A DNA stretch of 33,852 nucleotides. Source: Opitutaceae bacterium (lineage in GTDB: Bacteria > Verrucomicrobiota > Verrucomicrobiia > Opitutales > Opitutaceae). How positions within the stretch are numbered: position 1 is the first letter of the stretch; every line of letters begins with the position of its first letter. The stretch lies in NCBI GenBank assembly GCA_005787865.1, contig SXZN01000178.1, positions 1 through 33,852 on the forward strand. The letters run 5' to 3'. Of the stretch, positions 28,043-33,852 are shown in pieces. A model generated the notes under the pieces. The model did no database searches and was not told where the DNA came from. It worked only from the letters and a program-made list of their open reading frames with translations. The position numbers and the translations under genes are program-made.

Positions 28043-30763
28043 TTAGCCGAGGGCCTTTAACAAACGTTCCAGCTCAGCTTGTTTAGCTGTTTGCTCGGCT
28101 AATTGCTGACGAGCACCATCCAAGACGGCCGGCGGGGCCTTACTCACAAAAGCCTCATTCGCGAGCCGCGCGGTGGTGCCCGCGATATGTTTAGCGAGCG
28201 AGCCCAGCTCTTTAATCAGGCGCGCTTTCTCCGCCACAGGATCTCCCTTCAACTGTTTGAGCAAATTCCAGGAGCCATAATTTGTCACAATGGCCGGGGC
28301 GGCGGCAGACATCGCTCCCCGGAAAATGGAGCTAGCTCCCGTCATGCGCAGCAGCTTGCCCAGATTGAGCTCGAGGACCGCCCAATGAGCATCCGTCGTT
28401 TCCACGATAAATTCTGAAACCTTGCTCGCCGCTTCACCCTGCTCGGCCTTAAAAGCGCGCACCTGAGAGACGACGGCCTTTAACTGACCGATCTGGGTCG
28501 CTGCTGCGGTATCTAGTTGCAAGGTCTGACCCACGAGCTCCGGCAAATTGCCGAGCGGGGTATCGCGCATGAGGAAAGTGCCCGCCGCCCCGTAACCTAA
28601 TTGCTGCCAGAGCTCCTCGGTGATAAAAGGCGTGAAGGGATGCAGCAACAGTAACACCTGCCGCAACACAAGATCTTGCATCGCCAAGCAATTATCCTTG
28701 GTCGTTGGAGTTTGCAGCTTGGTCTTAGAGACCTCGACGTACCAATCGCAGAAGTCGTTCCAGAAAAACCCATATAAGGCTTGGACCGCCGCGCTAAACT
28801 CAAAGGCAGCAAAGCACCGATCAACTTCGTGCGTGGTCGCAAATAAACGATCAAGAATCGCATGATCATCGGCGTCGAATTTCGCTGGCTCCAAGCGCGC
28901 GAGCACGGCCCCGATCGAAGAATTATCCGCCATCGCGCCACTCATTTGGCGAAAGCGACACGCATTCCATAATTTATTACAAAAATTCTTCCCTGACTCA
29001 ATCCGGTCTTCTTGGAAGCGTATATCCTGCCCTTGGGGCGCGATGGAAATAATCCCAAAGCGCAGGCCATCCGCCCCATACTTCGCAATCAAATCAAGCG
29101 GATCGGGCGAATTGCCCAGAGATTTGGACATCTTGCGCCCCTGTTGGTCACGGATAATGCCGGTAAAATAAACATGCTTGAAAGGAATCCGGCGCTCCAG
29201 CGACTCGCCCGGGCGCACAAATTCCAGTCCGGCCATAATCATACGAGCGACCCAGAAGAAAATAATATCCGGGCCGGTGACCAGGGTCGTCGTTGGATAA
29301 AAATAATCGTAGCCGGCTGACTTCATCGCGGCTCCATCCGGCCACCCGAGCGTCGCGAATGGCCATAGCCAAGACGAGGCCCACGTGTCCAGCACATCAT
29401 CCTCTTGGACCCAGTTGGTAGGATCAACCGGACCAGTCAGCGAGACATGGACCTTAGTCGGATCATTCAGATCAGGAGCGGTTAATTTCTCCTTATCAAA
29501 ACCCTTGGCATACCAAACGGGAATCCGATGCCCCCACCAAAGCTGGCGACTGATACACCAGTCTTGAATATTTTCGAGCCAGTGCAGGTAAACCTTGGAC
29601 CAACGCTCAGGGTGAAATTGAATATGGCCATCACGGACCGCGATTTTGGCTTCCTCCACTTTCGGATAACGCAGCCACCACTGCCAGGTGAGGCGCGGCT
29701 CAATCGGCACATCAGCTCGCTCCGAATAACCGACATTATTTTCGTAAGGCTCTTCTTGCACAAGCGCCCCCACTTCCTGAAGCAACAAGACCGCCTGCTT
29801 ACGACCGGCAAAACGCTCGAGACCAGCCAATCCCGGACCGGCCAACTCGTTGAGCGTGCCATCAGGATTGAGCACGTCGATCGGCGCTAGCTGGTGGCGC
29901 TGACCAATCTCAAAATCCACCTTGTCGTGCGCTGGGGTGATTTTAAGTGCTCCGGTACCGAACTGCAAATCGACCGCGGCATCCGCAATGATGGTGATTT
30001 TTTCACGATTCAACGGCCGCCAAACTTGCTGGCCAACTAAGGCGGCGTAACGCGGATCATCGGGATGCACCGCAATCGCCACGTCACCAGGAATTGTTTC
30101 TGGCCGCGTGGTTTTGACTTCAATGAATTTCCCCGGCTGGTTCACCAACTCATAGCGCACGTGGTACATGAAACCCTTAACCGGCTTCATAATTACTTCC
30201 TCATCAGAAAGTGCCGTCAGGCTCACGGGGCACCAATTAACCATCCGCTTGCCGCGATAGATGTGGCCCTTCTGGAAGAGATCGACGAACACCTTAAGCA
30301 CCGCGGACGAATAATGAGGATCCATCGTAAACTGCGTACGACTCCAATCGGCCGAGGCGCCCAGCGCCTGTAATTGCTGCAAAATAATCCCGCCTTTCTC
30401 CTCGCGCCACGACCAGACCTTCTCGAGGAATTTCTCCCGACCTAAATGATGGCGAGTTTTTTTCTCCTTCCGCAATTCACGCTCCACGACGGTCTGCGTC
30501 GCGATCCCCGCATGATCGGTTCCCGGTAGCCACAGCGCTTGCTGCCCCTCGAGGCGAGCGCGCCGGATGAGCACGTCCTGGATCGTGTTGTTCAATACGT
30601 GACCCATGGTCAGCACGCCCGTTACATTGGGCGGCGGAATCATAATACAATACGGTGAGCGCGTCGGGTGCGGCTGACCCGCGAAGCAGCCAGCCTGTTG
30701 CCAGGCGGCATACCACTTACTTTCAACGTCGCGTGATTCGTAGCTCTTGGTGATCGAGGACAT
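28043..30763 (-). CDS. valS: Valine--tRNA ligase
   Basis: PPPNVTG, GTDHAGIATQ, WCISRQLWWGH and KMSKS motifs, plus a C-terminal coiled coil. Start at ATG 30763. Confidence 0.97.
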   Translation of the reverse strand: MSSITKSYESRDVESKWYAAWQQAGCFAGQPHPTRSPYCIMIPPPNVTGVLTMGHVLNNTIQDVLIRRARLEGQQALWLPGTDHAGIATQTVVERELRKEKKTRHHLGREKFLEKVWSWREEKGGIILQQLQALGASADWSRTQFTMDPHYSSAVLKVFVDLFQKGHIYRGKRMVNWCPVSLTALSDEEVIMKPVKGFMYHVRYELVNQPGKFIEVKTTRPETIPGDVAIAVHPDDPRYAALVGQQVWRPLNREKITIIADAAVDLQFGTGALKITPAHDKVDFEIGQRHQLAPIDVLNPDGTLNELAGPGLAGLERFAGRKQAVLLLQEVGALVQEEPYENNVGYSERADVPIEPRLTWQWWLRYPKVEEAKIAVRDGHIQFHPERWSKVYLHWLENIQDWCISRQLWWGHRIPVWYAKGFDKEKLTAPDLNDPTKVHVSLTGPVDPTNWVQEDDVLDTWASSWLWPFATLGWPDGAAMKSAGYDYFYPTTTLVTGPDIIFFWVARMIMAGLEFVRPGESLERRIPFKHVYFTGIIRDQQGRKMSKSLGNSPDPLDLIAKYGADGLRFGIISIAPQGQDIRFQEDRIESGKNFCNKLWNACRFRQMSGAMADNSSIGAVLARLEPAKFDADDHAILDRLFATTHEVDRCFAAFEFSAAVQALYGFFWNDFCDWYVEVSKTKLQTPTTKDNCLAMQDLVLRQVLLLLHPFTPFITEELWQQLGYGAAGTFLMRDTPLGNLPELVGQTLQLDTAAATQIGQLKAVVSQVRAFKAEQGEAASKVSEFIVETTDAHWAVLELNLGKLLRMTGASSIFRGAMSAAAPAIVTNYGSWNLLKQLKGDPVAEKARLIKELGSLAKHIAGTTARLANEAFVSKAPPAVLDGARQQLAEQTAKQAELERLLKALG

Positions 30764-30860
30764 GAGTCGGGATAAGAGCGCAGTCAAAGCCTTGGGTCCC
30801 ACCCTGACAAGCCTGCTTCCTTTGGCCTTACCCTCATGCTTCCGCCGGGGCAGCGGCGCG

Positions 30861-31110
30861 CTAGCTTTTTTTACGCCGAGACTGCTCGGCCCAGTCCAGC
30901 CGATCGGACTTTTTGCCCCGAGTGCCCGACTCAGCCAACTGATCTACGGCCGGATCGTGTGCGTAATAAGAGTAATTATTCGTATAGTAGCCGTAATCTT
31001 CTCCGGTGCCGGTCGGCACTTGATTGAGCACTACGCCGATAATGGGCACCTTTAAGCCCTCGATGATCTGGCGCGCGCGTTGCACCATGCTTTCCGGGTT
31101 ACGCCGATGC
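30861..31110 (-). pseudogene. C-terminal fragment of a Wzc/CapB-type polysaccharide-export tyrosine autokinase
   Basis: ARQIIEGLKVPIIGVVLNQV followed by the tyrosine cluster YGYYTNNYSYY. The Walker motifs and TM region are absent. Confidence 0.8.
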
Positions 31111-31176
31111 TCGTCGGAGCCACTGCCCGCCGCGGCCTTGCTCAAGCCAATGAATAAATTCCTGACTCGATTTCAT
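31099..31176 (-). pseudogene. 25-codon N-terminal stub of another gene (MKSSQEFIHWLEQGRGGQWLRRA), fused out of frame to the wzc tail
   Basis: ATG at 31176 begins an amphipathic, protein-like sequence that ends a few codons after the point where Wzc similarity begins in another frame. Confidence 0.5.
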
Positions 31177-31237
31177 GCGAGCAAGTAAAGGCGAGAGGAA
31201 CAACTGGACCGAGCTAATCGACTCAAAATAAAAAGCC

Positions 31238-32611
31238 TCATCCCCGATCGAGCACATCGAGCTCAGGTGACTGCGCCAACTTACGGTGCAGAGTCCGGCG
31301 ACTGATACCGAGTAATTGGGCCGCTTTCGTGCGATTACCGCGGGCTTCCATCAGCGCCTCCCGTAACAAAATTTTAGCATGAGCCTCTACGGAATAGGGA
31401 TTTGCCGGGCTCGGCGTCTGCAAGGAAGGCGGCGGGGCCACTTCTCCCCGAAATTTAGGCTCCAGATCGAACTCCGCAATTTTGCCACCCCGGCGCAACA
31501 CGACGGCGTTCTCCGAAAAATTGCGCAGCTCGCGAATATTACCGGGCCACGGATAACGTTGGAGATGCTGCATCGCCCCCGACTCGATCAACACCGGCTC
31601 GTAGGCATTCTCGGCCGCATACATTTTAATAAAATGCTCTAGCAGCACTGGAATATCATCGGTCCGTTCCCGCAACGGCGGCATGGTGATGCGCACCACA
31701 TTGAGTCGGAAAAATAAGTCCTCTCGAAATTTCCCCTCCTTCACCATCTGCTCAAGATTGCGGTTGGTCGCCGCCACCAAGCGGACATCGACCGTGATCG
31801 TCTTCGTGCTACCAATGCGCTCAAAACTTTTGGTTTCGATGAAACGGAGTAATTTAACCTGAATTTCTGGGCCAATCTCCCCGATCTCATCTAAAAAGAT
31901 GGTCCCCCCATCGGCACTTTCAAACCGTCCCTCCCGGCGCTCCGTGGCGCCGGTAAAAGAGCCCCGCTCATGTCCGAATAATTCGCTCTCCAGCAGCGCG
32001 GCTGGTAACGCGGCACAATGCACCGGCACAAAGGGCGCCCGCGCCCGCGGACTCGCCTGATGAATCGCCTGCGCAATTAATTCTTTGCCAGTGCCCGTCT
32101 CGCCTTCGATTAAAATCGTCGCCTTCGATGGCGCGACCAACTTCACGCGTGCAATCACCTCCCCTAATTTGGCGGAATGCCCGACAATGCCTTCAATATT
32201 AAATTTATGGTCGAGCCGTTCGTGCAACTGTTTCACCTCCACCTCTAAGGTTTTGGTTTTTAAGGCCCGCTGAATCAAAATTTCTAAGCGCTCAATCTGG
32301 ACCGGCTTGGTCAGAAAATCGACCGCCCCACGCTTCATCGCTTCCACGGCCGACTCAATGTTGCCGTAAGCCGTCATCATCAACACCGCGGGCTTGTTCA
32401 CGAGCGTCAGCGCCTTATCGATCACCTTCAGCCCACTTTTCCCCGGCATCCGCAAATCCGTCACGATGACTTCGAATTCCTGCGCCTCCATTAAATTGAA
32501 AGCTTCATCCGCGCTGGCGGCCACCGATACGTCATAATGCTCCTGCAAAGCCTGCTGCAAACCTTCGCGGGTATGCTTTTCGTCATCGACGATGAGAACA
32601 CTGGGAACCAT
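31238..32611 (-). CDS. NtrC-family sigma54-dependent response regulator
   Basis: REC domain (IVDDE, TDLRMP), AAA+ domain ([18 protein letters not shown]) and Fis-type HTH ([12 protein letters not shown]). Confidence 0.96.
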   Translation of the reverse strand: MVPSVLIVDDEKHTREGLQQALQEHYDVSVAASADEAFNLMEAQEFEVIVTDLRMPGKSGLKVIDKALTLVNKPAVLMMTAYGNIESAVEAMKRGAVDFLTKPVQIERLEILIQRALKTKTLEVEVKQLHERLDHKFNIEGIVGHSAKLGEVIARVKLVAPSKATILIEGETGTGKELIAQAIHQASPRARAPFVPVHCAALPAALLESELFGHERGSFTGATERREGRFESADGGTIFLDEIGEIGPEIQVKLLRFIETKSFERIGSTKTITVDVRLVAATNRNLEQMVKEGKFREDLFFRLNVVRITMPPLRERTDDIPVLLEHFIKMYAAENAYEPVLIESGAMQHLQRYPWPGNIRELRNFSENAVVLRRGGKIAEFDLEPKFRGEVAPPPSLQTPSPANPYSVEAHAKILLREALMEARGNRTKAAQLLGISRRTLHRKLAQSPELDVLDRG

Positions 32612-32803
32612 GCGACCATCTTTCTAAGCGCACTCCCTTCGGTCAACGGGAAATGAGACGAGGTGTCACAGTTTGCTTGATAACTAGAAAATTATTCGAT
32701 GAGGTCCCGCTACTCATCTGCGATCAAAACGGCCTAGCCCCAAATTACGTAGGTTGAGAGCTTGCCGACTACCAATTGCCCCCCCATCCACACTCCTCTG
32801 CCT

Positions 32804-33852
<1,049 letters not shown>

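Overview
Mostly core-genome DNA from a bacterium whose gene content and protein style suggest Verrucomicrobiota (Opitutaceae-like; inferred, not searched). It carries glnII (truncated), a mini-kinase/PP2C fusion with a GGCT, dnaX, SRP RNA, an ECF sigma/anti-sigma triplet, lptF, rlmN, metF, yciH, rpiB, a MarR/ring-cleaving dioxygenase pair, kdsC-lptCAB-hprK-rph, sucCD, DUF3050, an orphan ATP-grasp amidoligase, prfB, fcl, gmd, valS, an NtrC-type regulator and recQ. The strongest findings are: (1) a complete SAM-I/IV-type riboswitch with terminator and antiterminator whose only downstream gene is an 83-aa uncharacterised protein resembling a DNA-binding domain, possibly a SAM-controlled regulator; (2) an A9 slippery site that joins a short 380-aa DnaX to the downstream ORF in the -1 frame, the reverse of the E. 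coli arrangement; (3) a minimal Ser/Thr kinase fused to a PP2C phosphatase and coupled to a gamma-glutamylcyclotransferase, divergent from a sigma54-driven glutamine synthetase II. Several signs of assembly or sequencing artefact call for caution: a tuf/glnII chimera at about 185, an out-of-frame gene fusion at about 31110, an in-frame TAA in recQ, and a probable 1-nt deletion near 4192.
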